From assembly GCA_965237525.1 (NCBI GenBank), contig CBDEFO010000008.1:1248001-1312000 (forward strand): a stretch of DNA of 64,000 bases. The letters run 5' to 3'. Position 1 is the first letter of the stretch. Each line of letters starts with the position of its first letter. The notes beneath the pieces are model-generated. The model saw only the letters and a list, made by a program, of their open reading frames with translations. It had not been told where the DNA came from and ran no database searches. This document shows positions 29,967 through 40,254 of this stretch, in pieces. The position numbers and the translations under genes are program-made. The stretch comes from Candidatus Latescibacterota bacterium (lineage in GTDB: Bacteria; Latescibacterota; CBDEFO01).

Positions 29967-30059
29967 TAATATTTAGCCTTACAGTTACATACAAAATTGT
30001 AGATTGCTGGAGGAAAGATCAATTCGGAATATAAGAAGCAAAAGCGGGGTTTAAATCTA

Positions 30060-30479
30060 ATGCATGTCAAGTCAGAAACAGTCGAAAAGAGGTGGTACGT
30101 TGCTGATGCCAGCGGCAAAGTGCTCGGAAGATTTGCCAGCAGAGTGGCAGCTACTCTAAAGGGAAAGCACAAACCTATCTATTCTCCGCATACAGATGTG
30201 GGCGATCACATCATAATCATAAACGCAGAGAAGGTAAGACTCACCGGAAATAAAGCACAAAAGAAAAAGTACTATTGGCATACAGGCTACCCCGGCGGGC
30301 TGAAATCTATTTCTTACGAGAGACTCATCAAGGAGAAGCCCGAGCGGGTCCTGGAGAAAGCGATCAAAGGGATGCTCCCGCACAATGTCCTGGGCAGAAA
30401 TATGTTCAGAAAACTGAGAGTTTATGCTGGACCTGATCATCCTCATAGAGCTCAAAATCCTCAACCTATGGATTTTTAA
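30060..30479 (+). CDS. rplM: 50S ribosomal protein L13
   Basis: WYVADA..LGR, GKHKP, HTGYPGG, KGMLP. Confidence 0.98.
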   Translation: MHVKSETVEKRWYVADASGKVLGRFASRVAATLKGKHKPIYSPHTDVGDHIIIINAEKVRLTGNKAQKKKYYWHTGYPGGLKSISYERLIKEKPERVLEKAIKGMLPHNVLGRNMFRKLRVYAGPDHPHRAQNPQPMDF

Positions 30480-30506
30480 CGAAACGGAGAGGAGGTAGCG
30501 GACTAA

Positions 30507-30899
30507 TTGGCTAAAGACGCATTTTCGGCTACAGGTAGGAGAAAAGAAGCCGTAGCCTCTGTTCGGATACAGGAGGGGAAGGGCAAGATAACTGTCAACG
30601 GCCGCGATATGAACGAGTATTTTGGCCGGGAAACCCTCGTTATGGTTCTGCAGCAACCCCTTAAGCACACCGAAACGACCGACAGATTTGACATCAACAT
30701 AAGAACCAGAGGTGGGGGACTATCGGGTCAGGCCGGAGCCGCCCGCCTAGGGATAGCCCGTGCCCTTATTCAGTACGATGAGAAACTAAGGCCCACCCTA
30801 AAATCCGCCGGATTTCTAACCAGGGATCCCCGTATGGTCGAAAGGAAAAAATACGGGATGGCTGGAGCACGAAAGAGATTCCAGTTTTCCAAGAGATAG
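30507..30899 (+). CDS. rpsI: 30S ribosomal protein S9
   Basis: [37 protein letters not shown]. Confidence 0.98.
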   Translation: MAKDAFSATGRRKEAVASVRIQEGKGKITVNGRDMNEYFGRETLVMVLQQPLKHTETTDRFDINIRTRGGGLSGQAGAARLGIARALIQYDEKLRPTLKSAGFLTRDPRMVERKKYGMAGARKRFQFSKR

Positions 30900-30912
30900 A
30901 TTTTCTAATACT

Positions 30913-31060
30913 ACACACGTCTTTTGACCGTTGTGAGGGTGCTCAAAGTTGATAACGTCAGGCAGGAATGTCTCACCCACCGGTTGGTTCGAGACACATT
31001 TCTGTCTGTCCAAGGACTTGCGAGTCTCACAAAGGGATGAAAAAGGCGGAGGTACAACCG
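30913..31060 (+). promoter_or_regulatory. probable rpsB 5' leader (S2 autoregulatory RNA)
   Basis: ACACACGTCTTTT can pair with AAAAGGCG, followed by GGAGGTACAACC; resembles the known rpsB/t44 leader layout. Confidence 0.55.
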
Positions 31061-31082
31061 ACGCAGAGGAAGGAATTTGCCT

Positions 31083-31808
31083 ATGTCCACAGTAAGTATC
31101 AAGGATCTTCTCGAATCGGGAGTCCATTTCGGGCACCAGACCCGAAGGTGGAATCCCAAAATGAAAAAGTACATCTTCAGTGAAAGGAACGGAATTTACA
31201 TAATTGACCTTCAAAAAACTCTTCAAAAGATCGAACAAGCCTGCCAAATTGTAAGAGACACGGTCCAAAGATCTGAACCCATTCTCTTTGTTGGAACCAA
31301 GAAGCAGTCTGCTGATATAATTAAGGAACAGTCAGAACGGTGCGGAATGTTCTACGTCTCTCAACGCTGGTTGGGAGGGACGCTTACTAACTTTGCGACT
31401 ATCCAAAAGAGTATAAAAAGACTGCGTGAAGTCGACAGAACAAGCGAGGATGGGACGTACGAAAAACTGACCAAGAAGGAAGTCCTAAGACTTGAAAAGG
31501 AAAGAGCCAAACTTCAGCGGGCACTGGGAGGCATCAGGGACATGGGGCGACTTCCGGGTCTAGTCTTCGTTGTGGATACAAAAAAGGAAAGGATCGCTGT
31601 CCTGGAAGCAAAGAAGCTTGAGATCCCAGTCGTCGCCATCGTGGACACCAACTGCGATCCTGACCTGATAGATTGTCCTATCCCAGGAAATGACGATGCT
31701 ATACGCTCCATCAGCCTTATTACGGGCACAATCTCAGAGGCTGTGATGGAGGCTCAGAGCTCTATCGTAGCCGAACAAGAAGAAGGAGAGAACGGACAAG
31801 AAGAATAA
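31083..31808 (+). CDS. rpsB: 30S ribosomal protein S2
   Basis: [35 protein letters not shown]. Confidence 0.98.
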   Translation: MSTVSIKDLLESGVHFGHQTRRWNPKMKKYIFSERNGIYIIDLQKTLQKIEQACQIVRDTVQRSEPILFVGTKKQSADIIKEQSERCGMFYVSQRWLGGTLTNFATIQKSIKRLREVDRTSEDGTYEKLTKKEVLRLEKERAKLQRALGGIRDMGRLPGLVFVVDTKKERIAVLEAKKLEIPVVAIVDTNCDPDLIDCPIPGNDDAIRSISLITGTISEAVMEAQSSIVAEQEEGENGQEE

Positions 31809-31916
31809 AGACTCTGAACAGTAGCTGCGGTCTTTCGGTCTGGCTGGTGCTCAGCTTTCTACATCAGGGCAAAAGGACAGCACACATTTCTTGAACCAGA
31901 CAAGTGTACGTGTGTC

Positions 31917-32051
31917 ATGACCGATGACGAAACGTATATGTTCGACCTGATGAGTTATTTCATCATCAAGGATGCGCTCAGCCGACAGGAGGTGGGCGCT
32001 GCAACACGGAAGGATAGCGGGCTCTCATGGAGCCGCCGCATTTATGTATAA
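31917..32051 (+). pseudogene. possible N-terminal remnant of a PhyH-family dioxygenase
   Basis: Hand translation MTDDETYMFDLMSYFIIKDALSRQEV, 44 codons. Confidence 0.45.
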
Positions 32052-32103
32052 ATGTAGAATACATCCTGATTGATATAAGGTATTGTTAGGAGAACCGACA
32101 GCG

Positions 32104-32703
32104 ATGGAGATAACTGTTGCGATGGTGAAGGAACTCCGGGAGAGGACCGGAGTCGGAATGATGGACTGCAAGAGTTCCCTCCAAGAGACAAATGGAGATA
32201 TGGAAAAAGCTATAGACTATCTGAGGGAAAAGGGAATTGCAAAGGCCGCCGCGAAGGCAGGAAGAAAGACAACAGAAGGGATTGTGACCGCGTACATACA
32301 TCACGGAGATAGACTCGGAGTCCTGCTGGAGGTCTCCTGTGAGACCGATTTTGTAGCCAGGACAGACGATTTTAAGACCTTCACAAAAGATGTGGCAATA
32401 CAAGTAGCCGCTATGAAGCCTCTTTCCGTGTCAAGGGAGGATCTTGCCCAGGACATAGTGGAAAGAGAAAGACAAATATACGAGACCCAGGCAAGAAGCG
32501 AAGGTAAACCGGAAAAGGCGATAGACAGGATTTTGGAAGGCAAACTCGAAAAGTTCTATCGGGAATCTGTGCTATTAGAACAGCCTTTCGTCAAGGACGA
32601 GGACAGGACGATCAACGACATTTTGATCGAGCTTATATCCAAGACTGGAGAAAATATAAGTATTACAAGATTCACCCGCTTTGAACTGGGCGAAGAAGGA
32701 TAG
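32104..32703 (+). CDS. tsf: elongation factor Ts (short form)
   Basis: [29 protein letters not shown]. Confidence 0.97.
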   Translation: MEITVAMVKELRERTGVGMMDCKSSLQETNGDMEKAIDYLREKGIAKAAAKAGRKTTEGIVTAYIHHGDRLGVLLEVSCETDFVARTDDFKTFTKDVAIQVAAMKPLSVSREDLAQDIVERERQIYETQARSEGKPEKAIDRILEGKLEKFYRESVLLEQPFVKDEDRTINDILIELISKTGENISITRFTRFELGEEG

Positions 32704-32719
32704 GGGACACTCGAAAACC

Positions 32720-33442
32720 TTGGACGACAAATGCAAAAGGATCCTGATCAAACTCAGCGGGGAAGCCCTAGCGGGAGATAGATCATGCGGAATAGATCCC
32801 AAGGTTCTGCGAGCCATCTCACAGGAGATCAAGGCTGTGGTGGAATCAGGCGCTGAAGTAGGAATTGTCATCGGTGGAGGCAATATATTCAGGGGGACTG
32901 AGGCCGGGGACGGTATAGATCGCGCATCGGGGGACACGATGGGCATGCTCGGCACCGTAATTAACGCCATCGCTTTGCAGGGCATGCTCGAAAGCATAGG
33001 CATCTTTACCAGAGTGATGACTGCTATCAGGATGGAAGCCATTGCAGAACCCTACATAAGGAGAAGAGCCATCCGACACCTTGAAAAAGGGCGCATCGTA
33101 ATTATGGCCGCCGGAACTGGTCATCCCTACTTTAGCACAGATACTGCCGCCGTCCTTCGCGCCCTCGAAATCGAGGCCCAGATCATCCTGAAAGCCACAG
33201 ACGTGGATGGCGTCTATGATAAAGACCCTAAAATAGAACCTTCGGCGCAAAAATACGACCGGCTTACATACATAGAAGCCCTTGAAAAGAGGCTCAAAGT
33301 CATGGACGCCACAGCCATTTCACTGTGTATGGATAATGGCCTTCCCATAGTCGTTTTCAATCTCAAGGGGTCTGGAAATCTAATCAAAGCGGTAAAAGGA
33401 GAGCGCATAGGAACGCTTGTCAGGGAAGAGGATGACACATGA
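32720..33442 (+). CDS. pyrH: UMP kinase
   Basis: [30 protein letters not shown] start assumed. Confidence 0.97.
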   Translation: MDDKCKRILIKLSGEALAGDRSCGIDPKVLRAISQEIKAVVESGAEVGIVIGGGNIFRGTEAGDGIDRASGDTMGMLGTVINAIALQGMLESIGIFTRVMTAIRMEAIAEPYIRRRAIRHLEKGRIVIMAAGTGHPYFSTDTAAVLRALEIEAQIILKATDVDGVYDKDPKIEPSAQKYDRLTYIEALEKRLKVMDATAISLCMDNGLPIVVFNLKGSGNLIKAVKGERIGTLVREEDDT

Positions 33443-33996
33443 TAGATGAGATTCGCGCACAGGCCGAAGAGGACATGGAAAAGGCCGTAGAAGCAACCCG
33501 GCGCGAGATGGCATCTATACGCACAGGCAGAGCCACGACGTCCCTCCTGGACGGTATCAAGGTGGATTACTACGGCACATCCACGCCGTTGAATCAGATG
33601 GCGAGCATCGGTGTCCCTGAACCCAGATTGATGGCTATCCAGCCCTGGGACCCTAATGTGATAACTGTCATAGAAAAGGCGATCCTGTCATCAGATCTGG
33701 GTCTCAATCCCTCTAACGACGGGAAGATCATTCGACTTTCTATTCCGCCGTTGACTGAAGAACGCCGAAAGGACCTGGTACGTCTCGTCAAGAAGATAGC
33801 TGAAGACGGCAGGGTCTCCATCCGGAATGCAAGGAGAAATGGCAATGAGATGCTTAAAGAGGCTCAAAAGGAAGGAGAGATCTCCGAGGACGACGGCCAT
33901 AGAGCCCAAGAAACGATGCAAGAGCTTACGAATGAGTACATCGAAAAGATAAACCAGGTTCTCAGTGGTAAAGAAGATGAGATCATGGAGGTTTAA
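33439..33996 (+). CDS. frr: ribosome recycling factor
   Basis: [21 protein letters not shown]. Confidence 0.98.
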   Translation: MIDEIRAQAEEDMEKAVEATRREMASIRTGRATTSLLDGIKVDYYGTSTPLNQMASIGVPEPRLMAIQPWDPNVITVIEKAILSSDLGLNPSNDGKIIRLSIPPLTEERRKDLVRLVKKIAEDGRVSIRNARRNGNEMLKEAQKEGEISEDDGHRAQETMQELTNEYIEKINQVLSGKEDEIMEV

Positions 33997-35515
33997 AAGC
34001 CTTGTGAAATAGTTATGTCCCAGGCAGCGTCTGAAGCGCCGATTATGGGTCAAAGAGTAGCATATCGTATCGTTTTGCTGTGGAATAAGCAAAATAGTCT
34101 TATCAGAGTTCTGGTCAGCAAGGAACAGGAGCTGTTTGAAGAACAGGATGCACTGTCTTTGACAGACAGGGCACACATAGACGCTTTCCCCCTTCTTATG
34201 AAAGATACAAGCCTCTTGAGATTCTGTACTGTTGCAACAAGATTCAACTGTTCATTCAGTGAGGCTGGTCCTCTATAACGGGCTCGTCCCATACCGTGTT
34301 GTTGCCTGGCTTCAGCAAAGATATGTTCACTGCGTTTACGGAGTCTCCGGGAGAGTTTGTAGTCAGCTGTTAATGAGATAGACCGTGCATGATTTCTGGC
34401 TTTCGCCTCTCGCACTTTTCTATCCCGTTCGGTCTGAATATGTGCTGGATTTGTCTTGTTTTTCCATGTAGGAATCGGTTCAATCTTCTCATCGGCTCGC
34501 AGAGGAATATGGGGTATGATTCCCCGGTCAAGTACATCAGCGATAAAATTACCAGAACCGTAACCGGTATCGGCACTAAGTGTCTGAATGTCTTTGGGCA
34601 TGGTGTATGTTTCAAGGTCATCTACCATCTTAAGGGCACTTTCGGGCTCTGCTGTCCCTGTCGCCTGCGTGCCCTGAGTCTCAAGGATTACTCTGCTTTT
34701 TGTGTCGATCAGATCATGGCCCATAAACGAGAGAAAAGCCCCTTTGCCCTTCGATTTGCTGTATAAGCGCGCGTCGGGGTCTGTAGTCGAACGGTGTGTT
34801 TGGTTCGTCCACTTTTCACCATGAAAGTCTTTATCCTGAGGATGCCCGGACCTACCCTTTGTCTTATCACCTTCAAAACCGATTCCCTTGAGATAATCAT
34901 CAAGAGAAACAGGGGGTTCTATCGGCTCAATACTTTTCACTGAAGCATCAGCTTGTATCTGAGTGCCGTCGACACTAAGGTGTTTACCGCTCATAAGACC
35001 GACATCTATGCAACACTGGACTACCTGACGCATTATCCGTTCAAACAACCCACTGGATGCCCACTTGTGATTGCGAAGCTTGTTGATCGTGCTCCTATCC
35101 GGAACCGCATCATCAAATGTCTGATGACAAAACAACCGATATGCCGCATGCATCCCCACTTCCTGACAGAGCCGATTCTCACTCAAATTATACAGATAGC
35201 CAATAAGGATCATTCGAACAACTAATTCAGGATCAATACCGGGTCTGCCATTGTCAGGGCAATAACAATCTGATACAACGTCTCGTACAAATGAAAAATC
35301 AACTGCCTCATCAATCTGACGAAGGATATGATCCTCGGGAACTAAATCCTCCATCTGAAAATAGTGAAACATCGGATTTGTCTGTTCCTGCTTTTGTGGG
35401 GTCATTGTTTCCTCCATGTATAATATTATCAATAACATAATATAATACATCGGAACTGCTTTATCAATGCTTGTTTTATACTATTTTCTGAATCTAAGGG
35501 TTTTTCACAAGGCTT
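33997..35515 (-). mobile_element. IS1182-family insertion sequence, copy 2 (1519 bp)
   Basis: Same ends as copy 1; target duplication TTAA (33993-33996, 35516-35519). Confidence 0.93.
34050..35405 (-). CDS. IS1182-family DDE transposase
   Basis: Near-identical to copy 1. Confidence 0.92.
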   Translation of the reverse strand: MTPQKQEQTNPMFHYFQMEDLVPEDHILRQIDEAVDFSFVRDVVSDCYCPDNGRPGIDPELVVRMILIGYLYNLSENRLCQEVGMHAAYRLFCHQTFDDAVPDRSTINKLRNHKWASSGLFERIMRQVVQCCIDVGLMSGKHLSVDGTQIQADASVKSIEPIEPPVSLDDYLKGIGFEGDKTKGRSGHPQDKDFHGEKWTNQTHRSTTDPDARLYSKSKGKGAFLSFMGHDLIDTKSRVILETQGTQATGTAEPESALKMVDDLETYTMPKDIQTLSADTGYGSGNFIADVLDRGIIPHIPLRADEKIEPIPTWKNKTNPAHIQTERDRKVREAKARNHARSISLTADYKLSRRLRKRSEHIFAEARQQHGMGRARYRGPASLNEQLNLVATVQNLKRLVSFIRRGKASMCALSVKDSASCSSNSSCSLLTRTLIRLFCLFHSKTIRYATL

Positions 35516-35720
35516 TTAATAAGTAGGCAACTTATACTGCTTGTCAGACAGCAACGATTGAGCTACCACTCGGTAGGATAGACATGGCTGGTACCCTACC
35601 AAGTGAAGGGGCAGGCAACGCCATTTAAGCAAAGCGACCCCGACAGATAGTAGCTGGAGAGAGAATCTTCCCGAATAGAGCCGCTGATAAAATCGGCGGT
35701 TCTTTGTTGTATCTGGAGGC

Positions 35721-36731
35721 ATGTTGAGCACAGACATAAGGATAGGAACTGTAGTCAAGGAAAAGGCCGCTCGCTATTTTGTTCAGAGCTGTGATGAAGT
35801 AGTGGTCTGTTCCATATCCAGCAAGCTGAGGAAAGTGCTCGAGTATCCTGAAGCGGCCCCCGGATCGCGTCGTCCTGCTGTGGATTCCGTAAGGGGAATA
35901 AGAGCTGTGGATCCTGTCTGCGTGGGGGACAAGGTAAAGTTCAGCTACAAAAATGACGACAGAGGGATGATAGTGGAAGTTCTGCCCAGGAAATCCAAAC
36001 TTTCGCGCCAGGCTTCCGGACGGAGGCAAGTTGAACAGATTATCGTGGCCAATGTGGATCAGGTGGTGCCGGTCTTCTCAGCGGACGCCCCTCCTTTGAA
36101 CTTCTGGATGCTCGACAAATTACTGGCTGCGGCCGAGCTGGAAGAAATGGATGTAGTTATATGCTTGAACAAGATGGATCTGGTGGACGAAGCGGAATTT
36201 AAAAGGAAAATGCAACTATACAATAAAATAGGTTACAGAATCGTCTATACCAGCGCACTGGAAAAGAGGGGCTTGGATGATTTTATGAGCGCCCTCGAGG
36301 GAGGGCTTTCAGCCCTCCTGGGACCGTCAGGTGTGGGCAAATCCACCCTCCTGAACACTATTCAACCCGGGCTCGGCTTGAGAGTACAGGAGATAAGCAA
36401 GGGAACAGGTACCGGGAAACACTCCACCACGCACGTGGAACTCTTAAACCTGGACTTCGGAGGGATGATCATGGACACGCCGGGACTAAGAGATCTTAAT
36501 CTGTGGAACGTGGATGAAAACGATGCGGCATATCTCTTCCCTGAGATGAGAGAATACATAGGACTTTGCAGGTTCCAGAGAAACTGCTCGCACGTCCACG
36601 AGCCCGGCTGCTCTATAAAAGAAGCAGCAGAATCAAAAAAGATCGATAGACAGCGGTACGAAAGCTATGTCAAGATGAGAAAGCAGCTTGAATCGCTATC
36701 CTCAGAACTGGCGTCTCCTTCCAGAAGGTAG
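35721..36731 (+). CDS. rsgA: ribosome small subunit-dependent GTPase A
   Basis: Circularly permuted order NKMD, GPSGVGKST, DTPG; zinc finger CRFQRNCSHVHEPGC. Confidence 0.95.
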   Translation: MLSTDIRIGTVVKEKAARYFVQSCDEVVVCSISSKLRKVLEYPEAAPGSRRPAVDSVRGIRAVDPVCVGDKVKFSYKNDDRGMIVEVLPRKSKLSRQASGRRQVEQIIVANVDQVVPVFSADAPPLNFWMLDKLLAAAELEEMDVVICLNKMDLVDEAEFKRKMQLYNKIGYRIVYTSALEKRGLDDFMSALEGGLSALLGPSGVGKSTLLNTIQPGLGLRVQEISKGTGTGKHSTTHVELLNLDFGGMIMDTPGLRDLNLWNVDENDAAYLFPEMREYIGLCRFQRNCSHVHEPGCSIKEAAESKKIDRQRYESYVKMRKQLESLSSELASPSRR

Positions 36732-37095
36732 TCCGTGCGAACCATCTCGACAAACGTTACAGAGACTCTTGCGCCCGTCACCGATCCTCTCCCGTGATCA
36801 ACTGGAAATCGTATCTCACGCCATTCAGGAGACTTATCGGTCCGCTCTATGTACGCAACGTTTTTCGGCATAATGCGTCTCAAGAAACATAGTGCCTATG
36901 GTCTTGCGGTTACTAACACCGGAAGGAACCAATCTTAGTTGATTTCCAAGTTCAAGTCTGCCACACTTAGTGCGTTTTGTTCAAACTCGACTGCAGGTAA
37001 TAGGAACGGAGGTGTGTTATCGGAATCTTACGATAAATTTTATCGGATCAATAGAACAAAATAGCAGTTTTCAATATTTATGAAGGAGGATGAGA

Positions 37096-37824
37096 ATGAA
37101 AAGATTGCTGTCATTCTTTGTCACCGTGTTAGCTGTGTTCGCGTTTTTAGCTGAACTTAATGCTGGCGTCAGAATCAACGAGGTGCTCTTTAAACCTTCG
37201 GATGGGACGCAGAAGATAGAGTTTTTCAATGACGATCCCGATAACTCTGCTGACATCGGAGGATAGTGGCTCTGTATGAATCGCAGCTATCGGTCTATAT
37301 CGGGCGGTACTGTAGTACCTCCGCTGGGATTTGCGGTAATCGACGCTCCATCAACGCTCAACCTGCCAGACCAGGATGTGGCTTACTATCGGGACAGCTC
37401 TTTTTTCGATTCATCGTCTGTGATCGATTACGTGAAGTGGGGGTCGCCTTTGTTTAACAGGACGTCCGAAGCAGTGTCCGGCGGTAAGTGGGCGGATGCC
37501 TCAGATACAATCGATCCTGCAACTGTTCCCACCGCGCAGTCTATTCAGTATATAGGAGATGGGAGCTTCCCCCATCAATCGTCAGACTGGATAGTCGCTG
37601 AGCCGACAATGGGGCAGGCAAACCAGCCTCCTTCCACTTCCCTTATAGGAGATTTCGACGGGAACGACGAAGTAGGTCTTTCAGATTTTGTCCTCTTTTT
37701 AGATGCTTTCAGGACAACGACTGATTCGGCTAATTGGGATCCTAAATTTGATTTAGATGGTAATGGAGAGATCGGACTGTCCGACTTTGTGATCTTTCTG
37801 GATAACTTTGGAAAGACAGGATAG
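37096..37824 (+). pseudogene. secreted lamin-tail-like domain protein with C-terminal double EF-hand/dockerin-like tag; one in-frame TAG
   Basis: MKRLLSFFVTVLAVFAFLAELNAGVRINEV..IEFFN..DIGG*WLC (TAG 37264-37266), in frame with the ORF at 37276; GDFDGNDEVGLSDFVLF. Confidence 0.75.
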
Positions 37825-37827
37825 CAA

Positions 37828-38883
37828 TCACACGATCAGCATGGCATCTCCGTAGGAGTAAAATCTATATCTTTCCTCTATAGCCTCCTCGTAGGCCTTG
37901 AAAATAAGATCTTTTCCACACGGAGTGGTCGCACCACCAAAGGCGCAGACCAGCATAAGGAGAGTGGTCTTTGGGAGGTGAAAGTTCGTTAAGAGGTTGT
38001 CTGTGACCTTAAATTCATAGCCCGGATAGATAAATAAGTCCGTCTCTCCTGATCCGGGGTGGACAGTTCCGTCACAGTGGGATGTTGACTCCAGCGTCCT
38101 GAGCACAGTCGTTCCGACGGCGAAGACCTTTCCCTTTCTACGATTGATAATAGTTGCGGCGTCCTCCAGGACGTGGTATCTCTCTTCGTGCATCGTGTGG
38201 TCTTCCACTCTTTCTGTCTTCACGGGAGCAAACGTACCGAGTCCAACGTGCAGGGTTAGGGGAACTACAGATGCGCCCTTGTTTCTTATCCTGTCCAGGA
38301 TATGATCTGTGAAGTGGAGTCCGGCAGTAGGAGCAGCGATGGCTCCCTCCACTTTTCCGTAGACAGTCTGGTATCTTTGGAAGTCCTGATCATCAGGAGA
38401 GGATCTCTTTATATAGGGAGGGAGCGGGACCCGTCCAATTTGAGCTAATTTCTGCTCAAACGATCCTGTACATTCAAATCGAATAGTCCTGATTCCGTCC
38501 GGTTGGACCTCGACAATTTCCCCAGTTAGAGCGTTATCTTTCTCCCCGAAGGCAAATCGAGCGTTCAATCTGGCTAACCTTCCTGGCTTTGCCAGTACCG
38601 ACCATAAGGGAGCAGATTCCGACAATCTCTTCAGAAGTAGAATTTCGATCTTGCCCCCCGTGGCAACTCTCTTTCCTATCAGCCGAGCCGGGAGGACCTT
38701 TGTATCGTTGATGACGAGACAATCACCTGGATTTATGTAGTCCACTATATCCCTGAAGTTCCTGTGATCTATGCTTTTGCGCTGCCTGTCCACGACGATC
38801 AGTCTGGATTCGTCCCGCTCCACTAAGGGATATTGAGCGATCAGCCCTTGGGGCAGATAGTAGTCAAATTCGGATACGAGCAA
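37828..38883 (-). CDS. queA: S-adenosylmethionine:tRNA ribosyltransferase-isomerase
   Basis: FDYYLP..IAQYP, PLPPYI, YQTVY, AAPTAGLHFT, TNFHLP, SYGDAM; TTG start assumed. Confidence 0.96.
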   Translation of the reverse strand: MLVSEFDYYLPQGLIAQYPLVERDESRLIVVDRQRKSIDHRNFRDIVDYINPGDCLVINDTKVLPARLIGKRVATGGKIEILLLKRLSESAPLWSVLAKPGRLARLNARFAFGEKDNALTGEIVEVQPDGIRTIRFECTGSFEQKLAQIGRVPLPPYIKRSSPDDQDFQRYQTVYGKVEGAIAAPTAGLHFTDHILDRIRNKGASVVPLTLHVGLGTFAPVKTERVEDHTMHEERYHVLEDAATIINRRKGKVFAVGTTVLRTLESTSHCDGTVHPGSGETDLFIYPGYEFKVTDNLLTNFHLPKTTLLMLVCAFGGATTPCGKDLIFKAYEEAIEERYRFYSYGDAMLIV

Positions 38884-38965
38884 TTTTGTCTCTTGCTCCT
38901 GTTGCGAAAAAGGGATGGGAGGCGATGCCCTGTCTACTGTCACTGACTACTGGCTACTGGTTATT

Positions 38966-40253
38966 TATCAAATGAAATCGGTGCACTTCTCTTTCGATCT
39001 TTGATTGATCTTGAATGATAGGTTTTCGACAATCTTTGGTTTCTGTTCTTTTTCAAAATGGATGTATAATTGTTCTTCTTTTAGGTTCCATTCAGCCAGG
39101 ACAAAGTAGTTGGTGTAAGAGGAGGGAAGAGATACTTTCTCATTTAGGACATCGATAAAGGCTTTATCTGTCTGTTCTGTGTCCTGTTTGACTTGTCTGA
39201 TAAAATAGGTCTTGGGAATGAAATCTTTCTCGTTTGACTTCTCTTGCTTAGGTGGACGGTAGCCGGTGTATCTCTGTGATGAAAGATTAAACCATTCTAA
39301 CTTCTGATCAACTTCTTGTAAGCTTTTGAACTGAATTCTGTTCCAGAACTTCCTTGAAAATACAGAATTGTTGCCTTCTATAGATGCTTGAGAAAAGGGC
39401 CTTCTGGGAACGGCAAATATCGGAATCACTTGATTTTTCAAGAGAAACTGCATTGCTTTGCTGACATTCCTTTTACCTGAAACACTGCCAATAGTCGCCG
39501 AGCAATTGTCCACCTTAACGAAATCTGGTTTTTCAAACCTGTCAAAGAAAGACTGACACTTCTCGATAAAGTTAGTTGCTGTTTGACCGTCAACCCGCCG
39601 AAAATACCTTAACTTAGGCTCTTTCTTAAAGGAAAATCCAACGAAGTTGACCGGCTCAGTTCTGCCGGTAAGATACTTTTTACCAATAAAGTCTGATTCT
39701 AGGACTCTGCCTCCTGAAAGATAGTAAATGGTATACTCTGGATAACAAAGATAACGAGATGCACCCTTGTTTTTACCTTTCTTCCTTCTCTGGGAAAGTC
39801 CTAAATCTGAAAGCATTCTGCCGATAGTCGGCAACGACGGAGGAGGGGTGCTAGAATATCGATTCCTCCATTCTTGTTCAATAACAGTGGCTCCTGAATA
39901 GAACTGATAAGGATCGTCCTCTAAGCTATGGTAAATCTCTTTGATTCTCTGTTCGTCAACTTTAGCCAATTTTCGCCTTTTTCCTTTTGGCCAACCCCGA
40001 TTATCCATGGCAAAATCCTGATCCGGAGATTTAGTCCAAGCTGTAACGAAATCATTGGAAACTCTCGCTTGTTTGATAACTTCTCGCTTTGACATTTCTT
40101 TCTTAAAATACATCTCGTTGACTTCTTGTCTTAATACGGCCAATCTCTCTTTGTCCATAGGACTCCGTAGATTAAAGTTAAGACAATCAACTCAACTTAA
40201 TCTACTAATACTCTAAACAAAGATCAAATTAGGTGCACCGATTTCATTTGATA
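38966..40253 (-). mobile_element. insertion sequence of uncertain family (integrase-core-like transposase)
   Basis: Perfect IRs TATCAAATGAAATCGGTGCAC (38966-38986) and GTGCACCGATTTCATTTGATA (40233-40253); the outer TA may be the target duplication. Confidence 0.88.
38968..40158 (-). CDS. putative DDE transposase
   Basis: N-terminal HTH region, SLPTIGRML, ESDFIG, KVDN, PRRPFSQASIEGNN; bounded by IRs; AT-rich. Confidence 0.8.
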   Translation of the reverse strand: MDKERLAVLRQEVNEMYFKKEMSKREVIKQARVSNDFVTAWTKSPDQDFAMDNRGWPKGKRRKLAKVDEQRIKEIYHSLEDDPYQFYSGATVIEQEWRNRYSSTPPPSLPTIGRMLSDLGLSQRRKKGKNKGASRYLCYPEYTIYYLSGGRVLESDFIGKKYLTGRTEPVNFVGFSFKKEPKLRYFRRVDGQTATNFIEKCQSFFDRFEKPDFVKVDNCSATIGSVSGKRNVSKAMQFLLKNQVIPIFAVPRRPFSQASIEGNNSVFSRKFWNRIQFKSLQEVDQKLEWFNLSSQRYTGYRPPKQEKSNEKDFIPKTYFIRQVKQDTEQTDKAFIDVLNEKVSLPSSYTNYFVLAEWNLKEEQLYIHFEKEQKPKIVENLSFKINQRSKEKCTDFI

Positions 40254-40254
40254 T

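Noticed and set aside
17314..37266. Pyrrolysine recoding, suggested by an MttB-like fragment and an in-frame TAG
   Set aside because: No pyl genes or tRNA-Pyl in the window, the TAG is in an unrelated protein, and many genes here end in TAG.
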